Positions 10,617 through 19,977 of a stretch of DNA of 64,000 bases are shown one piece after another. Source of the stretch: Syntrophales bacterium (GTDB lineage Bacteria; Desulfobacterota; Syntrophia; Syntrophales; PHBD01); contig OY764159.1 of the NCBI GenBank assembly GCA_963668175.1, positions 3,616,001-3,680,000 on the forward strand. The letters are read 5' to 3'. Positions within the stretch are counted from its first letter, which is position 1. Each line of letters starts with the position of its first letter. The position numbers and the translations under genes are program-made. The notes beneath the pieces were generated by a model. It was not told the origin of the DNA. It saw only the letters and a program-made list of their open reading frames with translations, and made no database searches.

Positions 10617-11075
10617 ATGAAGCGTTGGATGATCCACGTTCTGGCTGCATGCTTTCTGACGGGGTGCGTCGCAGCGGCGCCGCTTCCCGATGACGTCAAG
10701 ATCACCGCACCGCGGGAAAAGCTTCCCTCGTACATCGCAAATTATATCGGCGTCTGGGAAAGAATAGAAGGAGGGGTGGAAGGAGGCACCAAGGAACCCC
10801 AGGCCCTGACCATCGTGATAGAAGAGATTAAACTGCCCAACGTCACGGCCATCTATTCCTGGGGCGACAGGAAGGGCACCAGCAACGGCGGCTGGCTGAG
10901 GGTCAACGGCACCATCACGGGCAAGACCATCGTCCTCAAGTGGAAAACCAGGTTCGGCCGGGACAGGAAGGTGACGATCGTGCCCGGCGATACGCCGGAG
11001 TTCATCAAGGCAAGTTACGAAAAGACACCCGGCAAAGTGAGCCGCCGCTCCATCCTGAAGAAAAAGAGCACCTGA
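10617..11075 (+). CDS. Hypothetical lipoprotein
   Basis: GGAGAGG RBS, signal peptide with LTGC lipobox, beta-rich mature domain. Confidence 0.75.
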   Translation: MKRWMIHVLAACFLTGCVAAAPLPDDVKITAPREKLPSYIANYIGVWERIEGGVEGGTKEPQALTIVIEEIKLPNVTAIYSWGDRKGTSNGGWLRVNGTITGKTIVLKWKTRFGRDRKVTIVPGDTPEFIKASYEKTPGKVSRRSILKKKST

Positions 11076-11504
11076 CGCGGTCGGAGCGAAGCGCCGGTTT
11101 TACAACCCTGCCGGCGTACCCATGGTCCAAAACCGGCCTGCTCCTGCCAGGACTCCCGGCGTTAAAATCGGTTTTTGTCCTTCATATGCAAATCCTCGGG
11201 GTCTTTCACTGCTCCTCCACCCCCACTTTTCCAACAACGGATCGATGTCGATGAAAGCAGTCCGGGCGTCGCGCTTCCACGCATATGCGTTCAATAGGAC
11301 CTTGAACCGGCAAATAATTTCAGAAAACCGGGCGCCGACAGAATAGAAGTCGATCTTTCAGCGATGGCCGGAACGCATGGATTGACGAGCTCATCTGATC
11401 GCTCTGCGTCAGACGGGTCCTTCCCTATTTTCCGTAATCGTGGTAGAGATATCGTCTCAACGAAAGAGACGTCTTACGGCGAATCGTTCTTCTCGGGATA
11501 AGAT

Positions 11505-11978
11505 ATGTCTGACATTGGAGAAAATATCGATCAACGGGCGGCTTCACTTGAAAAGACCCAATGGGCCGCGGATTTCACCTGGAAGGAAATGCACACGCTG
11601 GCCAAATACCTGAGCCGGATGAAGGTGAAGTCGGGGACGCCGGTTTTTGAGGAGGGTTCAAAGGACGCCTACATGTGCATCGTGGTCGAAGGAAGCGTCC
11701 AGGCGTTGAAGCACAATGTGAAGAACGAAACGAAGGTCCTGTCCGTCATCAACGCCGGCAAAACCTTCGGCGAGATGGCCCTCTTCGACAGTGAACCTCG
11801 GTCCGCCAGGATCGTCGCCGCGGAAAACACGACCATGCTCGTCCTTACGAGCGAAAACCTGCAGAGGATGATGACAGAGGCGCCCGGTCTCGCCGCAAAG
11901 CTCCTGTTTAAGATGGGCAAGCTTTTGAGCCAGAAACTCCGCATGACCAGCGGCCGTCTCGTAGACTACATGGAATGA
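11505..11978 (+). CDS. Stand-alone cyclic-nucleotide-binding domain protein (Crp-like, no HTH)
   Basis: VFEEG, G.TFGEMALFD.EPRSA phosphate-binding cassette; 157 aa and ends after the C-helix. Confidence 0.88.
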   Translation: MSDIGENIDQRAASLEKTQWAADFTWKEMHTLAKYLSRMKVKSGTPVFEEGSKDAYMCIVVEGSVQALKHNVKNETKVLSVINAGKTFGEMALFDSEPRSARIVAAENTTMLVLTSENLQRMMTEAPGLAAKLLFKMGKLLSQKLRMTSGRLVDYME

Positions 11979-12096
11979 CGGTGCCTCCCGGCCTTGTCCA
12001 TATTGCCGGCGTCATTCCCCGGCGGTACTATCTGTTCCTCATCTCGCCTCAGTTGCCAAACAATCCGGACATGATCCTGTTCATCCCGCCGGGATA

Positions 12097-12882
12097 TTAT
12101 TTCATAAATGTGCGACGGCAATCCGCCAGAACGGCCCGCAACAGAGAAACGGCGTCTTCGATCCGGGCTGTAACTTCCGCATCCGTCATCCTCCGTCTTT
12201 TCAACGGATCGTCGTTATAGCAGCGTTTGGCGAGAGCAATGGACTCATTGGCCAGCATCGCGACTTCACGCCTCAGATCCTCTTCCGAGGCGATGGTGAT
12301 CGCTTTGATCTTCATAACGGGATTTTCTACGGCGTCGAACCTGCCGTCGAAGGCGTCGTGAACGGAAGAGGCCCACCTGCCGATCTCCCGATAAACCTTA
12401 CCGTCGCCGGCCGGTTCGGCGCCATGGGGATAATTATGAAGGGGCTGGGCGAGGTCGCCGATGAAATGGGCCATGCACATGACGGCGTAATCGTAGTCCG
12501 CACGGGCTTCCGTCGTCTTCAATTTCCTGTAAAGCTCGATGATTTTCCAGTAGAGGACCCCGGCTTCATGAGGGACCATGATCTTGATCGGCCGTCCGCC
12601 GGGCTCCGTTTTTGGAACATACAACGCCTCTATGACGGCGTACCGGTCTATATAAGCGGAATCAACCACGGCGTCAGGCGCCGCGTTATGATAATGGAAA
12701 GGCAGGAGCAGTCTATAATTGTCGTGACGTGAAGCATCGGGGATGCAGGCATATTCAGGATTTTTCATCCCGGCCTGCTTGGCGATATACATGTGGGTTC
12801 TGCACGTCCATCCGTAGCCCGATACGGGTATCAGCAAGGCGGCGCATAAAACGACTGCCAATGCTTCTATTCGCTTCGCCAT
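12097..12882 (-). CDS. Secreted Zn-dependent phospholipase C / S1-P1 nuclease superfamily protein
   Basis: Signal peptide followed by W-x4-H (WTCRTH), HFIGDLAQPLH and HDAFD metal-ligand motifs; start placed at ATG 12882. Confidence 0.75.
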   Translation of the reverse strand: MAKRIEALAVVLCAALLIPVSGYGWTCRTHMYIAKQAGMKNPEYACIPDASRHDNYRLLLPFHYHNAAPDAVVDSAYIDRYAVIEALYVPKTEPGGRPIKIMVPHEAGVLYWKIIELYRKLKTTEARADYDYAVMCMAHFIGDLAQPLHNYPHGAEPAGDGKVYREIGRWASSVHDAFDGRFDAVENPVMKIKAITIASEEDLRREVAMLANESIALAKRCYNDDPLKRRRMTDAEVTARIEDAVSLLRAVLADCRRTFMK

Positions 12883-12907
12883 ATACGTATTCCCCTGCGT
12901 CAGTCTC

Positions 12908-13354
12908 TTATTCCAATACATGCCCTTTCGTCTTTTCCAGGGAAATGATCCGCTGCCGTATTTCGTCGGGGATCGCCGCCTTCCGTTTTTCACGGTAATG
13001 GAAGGAGACGATTTCGCCGTCGCCCTCGGCAGCCGTCTTGCCGAGTTTCTTGCTCTCAACGAGATAGTGCATCGTGAAGCGGTCCGAACCCAAGCCCGTG
13101 ACCCGGGCCCCTACCAGGACCTCGTCGGGATAATTGAGCGGTATCCGGAACCGGCAGGCCGTGGATGCCAAAATCGGCCCGATTCCGGTCCTGTTCATCA
13201 AGTCGAGGACGTCCAGTTTTTCAAAATAGGCGATCCGGGCGCTTTCGAAATACCGGAAATAGACGATGTTGTTCACGTGCCCGAAAGCATCCATTTCACC
13301 CCAGACCACCGGCAGTTCGATCACGACGGGGTATCCGTCGATGGTTTCCGCCAT
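12908..13354 (-). CDS. Acyl-CoA thioesterase (hot-dog fold, YbgC/4HBT family)
   Basis: WGEMDAFGHVNN..YFRYFESAR motif. Confidence 0.92.
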   Translation of the reverse strand: MAETIDGYPVVIELPVVWGEMDAFGHVNNIVYFRYFESARIAYFEKLDVLDLMNRTGIGPILASTACRFRIPLNYPDEVLVGARVTGLGSDRFTMHYLVESKKLGKTAAEGDGEIVSFHYREKRKAAIPDEIRQRIISLEKTKGHVLE

Positions 13355-13400
13355 ATGTTTTCCCTCCTCATACAGAATTTTTCCGGGAATCCCCTCGGCC

Positions 13401-15359
13401 TCACGCCTCAGCCTGCAGGGACATCGTTGCCTTATATTCGCCGACGGGCATGAGGCGCCACTGATCCGCTCCTTTCAGATTCAGCACGACGTTATGGTAA
13501 TCGAGGATGCTGCTGCGATGGCCGACGCTGATATATTGGATGCCCAACTCTTTCAGTCTTCCATAAAGGTTGGCCTCGTTTTGCGTATCGAGGGCGCTGG
13601 TCGCTTCGTCCAGAACGGCATATTTCGGCCGGTTGACGAGCAGTCGGGCAAAGGCAAGCCGCTGCTGTTCGCCCAGGGAAAGCAAGTCGGCCCAGTCCAG
13701 CTCGACATCGAACCCGCCCACCCGTTCGGGCAGATCTTCCAGGTTGACCGTCTTCAGGACGCTTCGCAATTCCTCGTCGGATATCTGGCGCTCCAGGCGC
13801 GGATAGAGAAGTTGATCCCGGAGCGACCCCAGGAGCATGTATGGGCGCTGCGGCAGGAAGAATATGTCCGTAAGGGACGGACGGCGGATCACGCCTTCCC
13901 CCTGCGTCCAGAGACCGGCAATGGCCCGCAGCAGCGAGCTCTTACCGACGCCGCTCTGGCCGACTATCGCCAGATTCTGTCCCGGAGCGAGGCTCGCATC
14001 CAGATGATCGATCAGGATGCGGCTCTTGTTCGGTGTGGCCACGGCGACACCCTGGAGATCGAACCGTTCGGCGTCCTCCGATTGTATGCCGGGAGTCCTT
14101 TCCTTATCATCGGCCATCGCTTCGGCAAAAGACGACAATCTCTGGACGCCGGCGGCAAATCCTGTGATCTGTTCTATCTGCGAAACGATCAGCGACAGGG
14201 CTCCATAAACCTGCAGAAAAGCGAAATTCGCCTGCACCATGTCACCGTACTCGATCTTGCCGCTGAAGTACTCGGGGAAGAGGACGAGAAAAGGCAGCAC
14301 CACCGGAAGGTAGCTGTAAGCGGTCGTAAAAAAGGAAAGATTTCTCTGCCAGCCGATAAGCAGATTGAAGTTCCCGAGGACCTGGCGGAATCGTTCGCCG
14401 ATACGGGTGATCTCCGGCTTCTCACCCTGGTAGAAGGCAATCGATTCGGCATTGTCCCGCGCATGTACCAGGGAGTAACGGAAATCGGCCTCATAGCGGA
14501 GCTGGTTGAAATTCAGCCGGACCAGGCGCCGCCCTATAAGGACCGTGAGCCCCGTCCCGAAGAAGGAATATCCCAGGACGACGGCAACCAGAAGCGACGA
14601 TTTTGACCAGAGAATACCCGTGAAGGAGATGAGATCCATGAGCGATCCCAGGATGATCAGGAGGAACGACAGCGATATTTTTGTAAAAGTGCGGATATCC
14701 TCCATGATGCGCTGATCGGGGTTGTCGATATGGGATGTTGTCTCGATTTCGTAGTAATTGCGGTTACGGAAATAGCCGCTGAGGAATTCCCCGGTCAGCC
14801 ACTCGCGCCAGCGCATACCCAGGTAGTTCTGTACGTAACTATAGAAAGCGACAATCGGAATCCCGATGAGGAAACCGAAGAAATAGACGTAGACGAAAAG
14901 ATACGCCATGTCCTGGTTTTTCTTGACCAGGGCGTTGGAGAAATAATTGCCGATATAGCTGAAGGCAACGTTGATTCCCGTTACCGAAAGCGACAGGAGC
15001 AGAACGACGGCCAAAAGGGACCAGGCCCGCCAGCGCGTCTTGAGATGTCTGCGCAGGGCGATAAAGACTGCAACCGGCACAATGAGGAGCCCGGCGGCAA
15101 CAAGCCATAAGTCGGATTGAAAGATTTCATTAACCAGGGCCGAAAGCCCGGCGGCAACCTTGACAGTCAATTCCGGTGCAACGCTCGCCCCCGAAAGCGT
15201 CAGGGCCGAGACAACCATGAACAGGACGCCGAAGAGAAAGATGAGTAGCATCGCAAGAAGCAAAAGCGTCAACGCCCCTCCCCTCGGTATGTCGGGGAAG
15301 AAATAGGGTTGGGCGATCATCACGAAACGCCTCCAAAGGGAGCGCTCTTTCTGACTCAT
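13401..15359 (-). CDS. ABC transporter, fused permease/ATPase of the ABCD/YddA (ABC_membrane_2) family
   Basis: IDNPDQRI.ED, EADFRYSL..R.NAESIAFY.GE, GQSGVGKSSLLRAIAGLW, LPQRPY, LSLGEQQRLAFAR, LDEATSALD. Confidence 0.92.
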   Translation of the reverse strand: MSQKERSLWRRFVMIAQPYFFPDIPRGGALTLLLLAMLLIFLFGVLFMVVSALTLSGASVAPELTVKVAAGLSALVNEIFQSDLWLVAAGLLIVPVAVFIALRRHLKTRWRAWSLLAVVLLLSLSVTGINVAFSYIGNYFSNALVKKNQDMAYLFVYVYFFGFLIGIPIVAFYSYVQNYLGMRWREWLTGEFLSGYFRNRNYYEIETTSHIDNPDQRIMEDIRTFTKISLSFLLIILGSLMDLISFTGILWSKSSLLVAVVLGYSFFGTGLTVLIGRRLVRLNFNQLRYEADFRYSLVHARDNAESIAFYQGEKPEITRIGERFRQVLGNFNLLIGWQRNLSFFTTAYSYLPVVLPFLVLFPEYFSGKIEYGDMVQANFAFLQVYGALSLIVSQIEQITGFAAGVQRLSSFAEAMADDKERTPGIQSEDAERFDLQGVAVATPNKSRILIDHLDASLAPGQNLAIVGQSGVGKSSLLRAIAGLWTQGEGVIRRPSLTDIFFLPQRPYMLLGSLRDQLLYPRLERQISDEELRSVLKTVNLEDLPERVGGFDVELDWADLLSLGEQQRLAFARLLVNRPKYAVLDEATSALDTQNEANLYGRLKELGIQYISVGHRSSILDYHNVVLNLKGADQWRLMPVGEYKATMSLQAEA

Positions 15360-16151
15360 TGTTCAGGTATCCTTTCTTTCATCGTGTATAGAAAAGGTTA
15401 CGAATAAAGCCTTCTTTTCCTATAGATATGAAATTACCAATATTGAAACGGGTTGGCAAGGACAATCCGGGTATCCGGAGGAGTGCGTCGTGAACCGCCA
15501 TACCAGAAGCCATTGAAAACAATTCCGGTGATTAATCACTTCCGTTCGGCTCTGTTAATCGTCGCACGCACGCACTTCTGAGTAATTGACCGTCCATTCA
15601 TAACCATCATGACAATAGCAGACATTTAGTGCAGAGATGGGATCCAATATCGATCAATAGCCAGAGATCATTACAAAAGAAATGAGCTTTTTTGTACAAA
15701 ATATGATTTTTTTTCTTGCTATTTGTAAAATATTGTGATACACATGTCATCACGCTTCGTTTTATATCTTTTATATCAAGGCCCAGGAAGGATCGGATTG
15801 CTTATTATAACAACGGCATGTTTCTGCCTGTTTTAATAAAAGGGGAAAACAAAGGCTCTTCGAAAATCCAATTCGCCCGCTTCCGGGAACGGCTGCAATC
15901 CCCGGTATCTTCGCCCTCCCCCGATCATGTTGCAGCGCTTGTTATTCTCCACGAGTCACCTTCGCATAAGTCACGTTTTTGAGATCAGAAACACCGAGAG
16001 CCGGGCCGCTGCCTGCAGGTGCCAAACACGCATTTCAGCGACAGCCCGCTGACAGGAAATGCTGTCGGCTCTCATAGTGATTTACGAGGACAATCAACGC
16101 TTCGTCAAGAAGCACAGATAGTCCGCGCTGAAATCAAACCGGGAGGGCGAT

Positions 16152-18119
16152 ATGAGAAGAGAAGACAATCCGAACGTCATGCCTGCCACCTCCTCGCGCA
16201 TGCATGAAATGGGACTCAATCCCATCACGCTGGCATTTTCCGGTCCTCTGGAGGAGGCGTTTCTCGACGACTACTACAACAATTCCATGACTATGGTCAG
16301 GTTGTCGCTCTTTGCCGGGATCGTCTTGTACGGCCTGTTCGGAATCCTCGACGCAGAACTTGTCCCCACCATGAAATGGAAGCTCTGGTTCCTTCGTTTT
16401 GCCATCGTCTGGCCTGCCCTGATGGCCGTCATCCTCTGGTCCTACTATCCAAGTTTCAAGAGATTCTTTCAGCCTGCCGTTGCTTCGGTCATGCTCGTGG
16501 CGGGTTTTGCCATTATCATCATGATTCGCATCATTCCCCCGCCAATCAGTTATTCCTATTACGCCGGCCTCATCCTCGTCTTCATCTGGGGTTACTCCTT
16601 CACCCGCGTCAGGTTCCTGTGGGCGGCCTCCGCCGGATGGATCATCGTTATTTTTTACGAAATCGTTACCATGTCCACTGCAAACATTCCCCGGGGCGTT
16701 GTCATCAACAACAATTTCTTCTTCATCAGCGCCCAGATTATCGGTATGTTCGTCTGCTATTCCATCGAGTTCTATCAGAGGCGCGACTTCTTCCTGGCCT
16801 GGCAGCTCCAGAACGAGAAGGCCGTCATCATCGACGCCAACCGTCTGCTCGAATCCATCATTCAGGAGCGCACGTCCGAGCTGGTCAAAACGAACCAGGA
16901 TCTGCGCTCACAGATCGAAGAGCGCCAGCGGGCAGAAACGACGCGGAAGAACCTGGAATCGCAACTTCTGCAGGCGCAAAAAATGGAAGCCATGGGAACG
17001 CTGGCCGGGGGCATCGCCCACGACTTCAACAACCTCCTCATGGGCATCCAGGGGAATGTTTCCCTGATTCTCATGGATATGAGACGAGACCATCCCTATA
17101 ATGACAGATTAAGGAATGTTCAGGAACTTGTCCGCAGCGGTTCGCAATTGACCCATCAGCTCCTCGGATTCGCCCGCGCCGGCAAGTACGAAGTACAGCC
17201 TACGAATTTGAACGATCTCGTGAACCGCTGCAAAAACATGTACGGCCGGGCCAAGAAGGAAATCACCATTTATACGGATTTCCAGGACGACATCTGGACG
17301 GTCAACATAGACCAGGGCCAGATCGAACAGGTCCTGCTGAATCTTTTCGTCAATGCCTGGCAGGCCATGCCGGGCGGCGGGAACCTCTCGGTCGGAACGG
17401 AAAACATCACATTGACTCAAACCGAAGCGGACCGCATCGGCATCAAACCCGGCAGGCATGTCAAAATCATCGTCAGCGATACCGGCACCGGCATGGACCA
17501 GGCAACGATGAGCCGCATCTTCGATCCTTTTTTCACAACCAAGGGCATGGGCCGGGGCACCGGCCTGGGACTGGCGTCTGCATATGGCATCATCAAGAAC
17601 CACGAAGGCATCATCACGGTAAAGAGCAAGAAAGGCCAGGGCGCCACATTCGAAGTTTACATTCCGGCGTCGGACGTAGCGATGGGCAGAGACAAGGTCG
17701 TGCCTGTCCCTAAATTGCTTAAGGGAAACGAGACGATCCTGTTTGTCGACGACGAAGAGATGAACGTCGAGACCGGCCAGCGGATATTGGAGACGCTCGG
17801 TTACACCGTATTGACGGCCAGAAGCGGAAGGGAGGCCATCGAGGTTTTCAAGAAAAGCGACAGGGCCGTAACCCTGGTCATCCTCGACATGGTCATGCCG
17901 GGCATGAACGGCGGGGAGGTCTTCGATGCCCTGAAAAGCCTCGCCCCTTCGGTTAAAGTGCTTCTCTCGAGCGGCTACAGCATGACCGGCGAGGCGACAA
18001 ACATCATGGAAAGAGGTTGCGACGGCTTCATACAGAAGCCCTACGACGTCAACACGTTATCCGTCAAGATCAGAAATATTATGGACGGCTTCGGAAACGT
18101 CAAAAGAATGGTGGGCTGA
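16152..18119 (+). CDS. Membrane-bound hybrid histidine kinase with a 6-TM sensor (no periplasmic domain) and receiver
   Basis: About six closely spaced hydrophobic helices, coiled coil, GIAHDFNN H-box, [33 protein letters not shown] with LDMVMP. Confidence 0.93.
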   Translation: MRREDNPNVMPATSSRMHEMGLNPITLAFSGPLEEAFLDDYYNNSMTMVRLSLFAGIVLYGLFGILDAELVPTMKWKLWFLRFAIVWPALMAVILWSYYPSFKRFFQPAVASVMLVAGFAIIIMIRIIPPPISYSYYAGLILVFIWGYSFTRVRFLWAASAGWIIVIFYEIVTMSTANIPRGVVINNNFFFISAQIIGMFVCYSIEFYQRRDFFLAWQLQNEKAVIIDANRLLESIIQERTSELVKTNQDLRSQIEERQRAETTRKNLESQLLQAQKMEAMGTLAGGIAHDFNNLLMGIQGNVSLILMDMRRDHPYNDRLRNVQELVRSGSQLTHQLLGFARAGKYEVQPTNLNDLVNRCKNMYGRAKKEITIYTDFQDDIWTVNIDQGQIEQVLLNLFVNAWQAMPGGGNLSVGTENITLTQTEADRIGIKPGRHVKIIVSDTGTGMDQATMSRIFDPFFTTKGMGRGTGLGLASAYGIIKNHEGIITVKSKKGQGATFEVYIPASDVAMGRDKVVPVPKLLKGNETILFVDDEEMNVETGQRILETLGYTVLTARSGREAIEVFKKSDRAVTLVILDMVMPGMNGGEVFDALKSLAPSVKVLLSSGYSMTGEATNIMERGCDGFIQKPYDVNTLSVKIRNIMDGFGNVKRMVG

Positions 18120-18236
18120 CGAGGCCACCGGGAACATTCCGGCGGTCGCAGTTCATGAGTATGGGCGGCCGTCGGCGATCCGCATTCCCTTCAGAAAGGA
18201 GGTCATCCGGCAGCTTGCAACGCCGGAAAACGATCG

Positions 18237-19466
18237 ATGAACTCGAGCGCTAACGTACAGACGAACTACGACCATGGGGAACGCCCCGCTCACTTTCGGA
18301 TCGCCGTTGTCGCCCCGGCGAGAGAGGCCGGCGGCTTTATTTCTGCGGCGTTCAAGAAAGTGTTCGCAGAACTCGAAAGCGAGCATATCCAATTGTGGAA
18401 GAAATTGAACGCACTGCCTCTTCGGGAGGGTGACCTTGAAGAGAAGTTGTACGCGGAGATGCAGACATTCGAATCCTGGCGGCTGGACATCATGGGAACC
18501 TTGTGGGATATGGTGGCCGATTTCGACGACGAACAGAAGCGCGCCCATCAGGAGTACATCCGCAATACCCGTTATTTCCAAATCGTCCAGGAGGCCCCCT
18601 TTTATTGGCGAATCATCAACAAACCGAACGGCTATGCCGGCGACGCCTACATGATGCATTATATTTACCGAAACATGTTCGAGGGCGAGACGCCATTCGG
18701 CAAGTTTCTGCATAAGCATGCCTGCTCGACAATGGCCTGCGTCGCCGTGAGGAACCGTAGACGATTCCTGAAGAATCAGATACTGGAAAAGGCCGGGGGA
18801 AAGGTATTGAGTCTGGCGGCCGGTCCGGCCGAAGAGATATGGGATATCCTTGAGGTCGAAAACCTCGGCAAAAATTATCATTTCCTGGCCCTCGATCACG
18901 ACATTGAAACGGTCCAGCGGTTCAACTCGTCCAATCCGCATACCCGTTTTAAATATTGCCTGGCCAATGCCTTTCAGATCATCGGGGGAAATTACCGGAT
19001 CGCCAGGCCCCGGAGAATGATGGACAAGTTCTGCGTACCGGGAAGCGATTTCAAAGGCTGGCGGATCATGATCAGCGCCCTGAAATACGAATTCACCAAT
19101 CTCGCCTGCAGTGAATTCGATCTTGTTTACAGCGCCGGTCTTTTCGATTATATTAAGACGTTTCCTCTGGAAGACAGCAAAGGAAGCGTGGCCCTGACCA
19201 AGCGGCTGTTCGAACTGGTGAAGCCGGGCGGTTCGCTTATTGTAGGCAATTTCAGCCATAACAACCCGCGGGACCTCAAGTTCGTGATGGAATACATCTA
19301 TGGCTGGCATCTTATCTATCGCGGCCGGGACGAGATGACCCGATTCGCCAGATCCATTCCGCAAAACCAGATCGCCCGGATCGACGTTCTGGAAGAGGAG
19401 TCGGGAATCAACTATTTTCTCAAGATCGAAAAAGCAACGAACAAAGCCCTGCCGCTCAGAATCTGA
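18237..19466 (+). CDS. Class I SAM-dependent methyltransferase, PhcB-like (3-hydroxy fatty acid methyl ester synthase family)
   Basis: KP.GYAGD, AVRNRR, VLSLAAGPA.E (motif I), FDLVYSAGLFDY, L.PGG.L.VGNF...NP, ME...WHLIYR; motif order as I recall it for PhcB-family proteins. Confidence 0.75.
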   Translation: MNSSANVQTNYDHGERPAHFRIAVVAPAREAGGFISAAFKKVFAELESEHIQLWKKLNALPLREGDLEEKLYAEMQTFESWRLDIMGTLWDMVADFDDEQKRAHQEYIRNTRYFQIVQEAPFYWRIINKPNGYAGDAYMMHYIYRNMFEGETPFGKFLHKHACSTMACVAVRNRRRFLKNQILEKAGGKVLSLAAGPAEEIWDILEVENLGKNYHFLALDHDIETVQRFNSSNPHTRFKYCLANAFQIIGGNYRIARPRRMMDKFCVPGSDFKGWRIMISALKYEFTNLACSEFDLVYSAGLFDYIKTFPLEDSKGSVALTKRLFELVKPGGSLIVGNFSHNNPRDLKFVMEYIYGWHLIYRGRDEMTRFARSIPQNQIARIDVLEEESGINYFLKIEKATNKALPLRI

Positions 19467-19552
19467 AACGCCGTTTTGGCAGCATCCGTGATTCGATTCT
19501 TCTAGGCCGGCGAAAGGCCGTTCAGGTCAGGGAGACAGGATAAAGGGCACGG

Positions 19553-19792
19553 ATGGAACAACTCGCAAAACTGATGCGGATCAGGGAGGCAACCGATTTC
19601 ATCGTCAACGGGATGATGTCGGGATGTGTCCAGATGTCCGCCGCAGCCGGAGAGGCCTACAGGGAGATCGTCGATCAGTTCTATCATGAAAACAACGGGT
19701 TCATGACTCCGGAGCAATACCATTTATGTCGTTATAATTTTGTCAGTTTCCTATCCTGCATCGATGCCGCCATCGACCGGTGCCGGAACTAG
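19553..19792 (+). CDS. Small hypothetical protein (79 aa)
   Basis: ATG preceded by a purine-rich RBS-like stretch; helical, protein-like composition; co-oriented with the methyltransferase. Confidence 0.55.
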   Translation: MEQLAKLMRIREATDFIVNGMMSGCVQMSAAAGEAYREIVDQFYHENNGFMTPEQYHLCRYNFVSFLSCIDAAIDRCRN

Positions 19793-19920
19793 CGACCTTA
19801 AAGAAACATCCCCGGCAAATCTCCATTCATTACGGCAAGCGGTATCTTCTCCGGTTTTCAATTACTTCCGGCAAGAACCCTCCGTCTATGATCGTGCAAT
19901 ATGTTTCATGAAAACAAAAC

Positions 19921-19968
19921 GGAAACGGCCGGCCGGAAACAACTGCCCGGTTACAGCCGGCCATTTCC
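19921..19968. terminator. Inverted repeat between convergent genes (putative terminator)
   Basis: GGAAACGGCCGGC (19921-19933) / GCCGGCCATTTCC (19956-19968), 12 of 13 complementary. Confidence 0.45.
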
Positions 19969-19977
19969 CTTGAAGGT

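Noticed and set aside
13266..14606. 446-aa plus-strand ORF
   Set aside because: Antisense to the well-supported ABC transporter
18196..18236. Strong AAGGAGGT upstream of the methyltransferase suggesting an earlier start or frameshift
   Set aside because: No in-frame start codon lies between the upstream stop (18156) and ATG 18237, and there is no independent evidence for a frameshift
18153..19364. 403-aa minus-strand ORF
   Set aside because: Antisense to the methyltransferase, which carries the recognisable motifs
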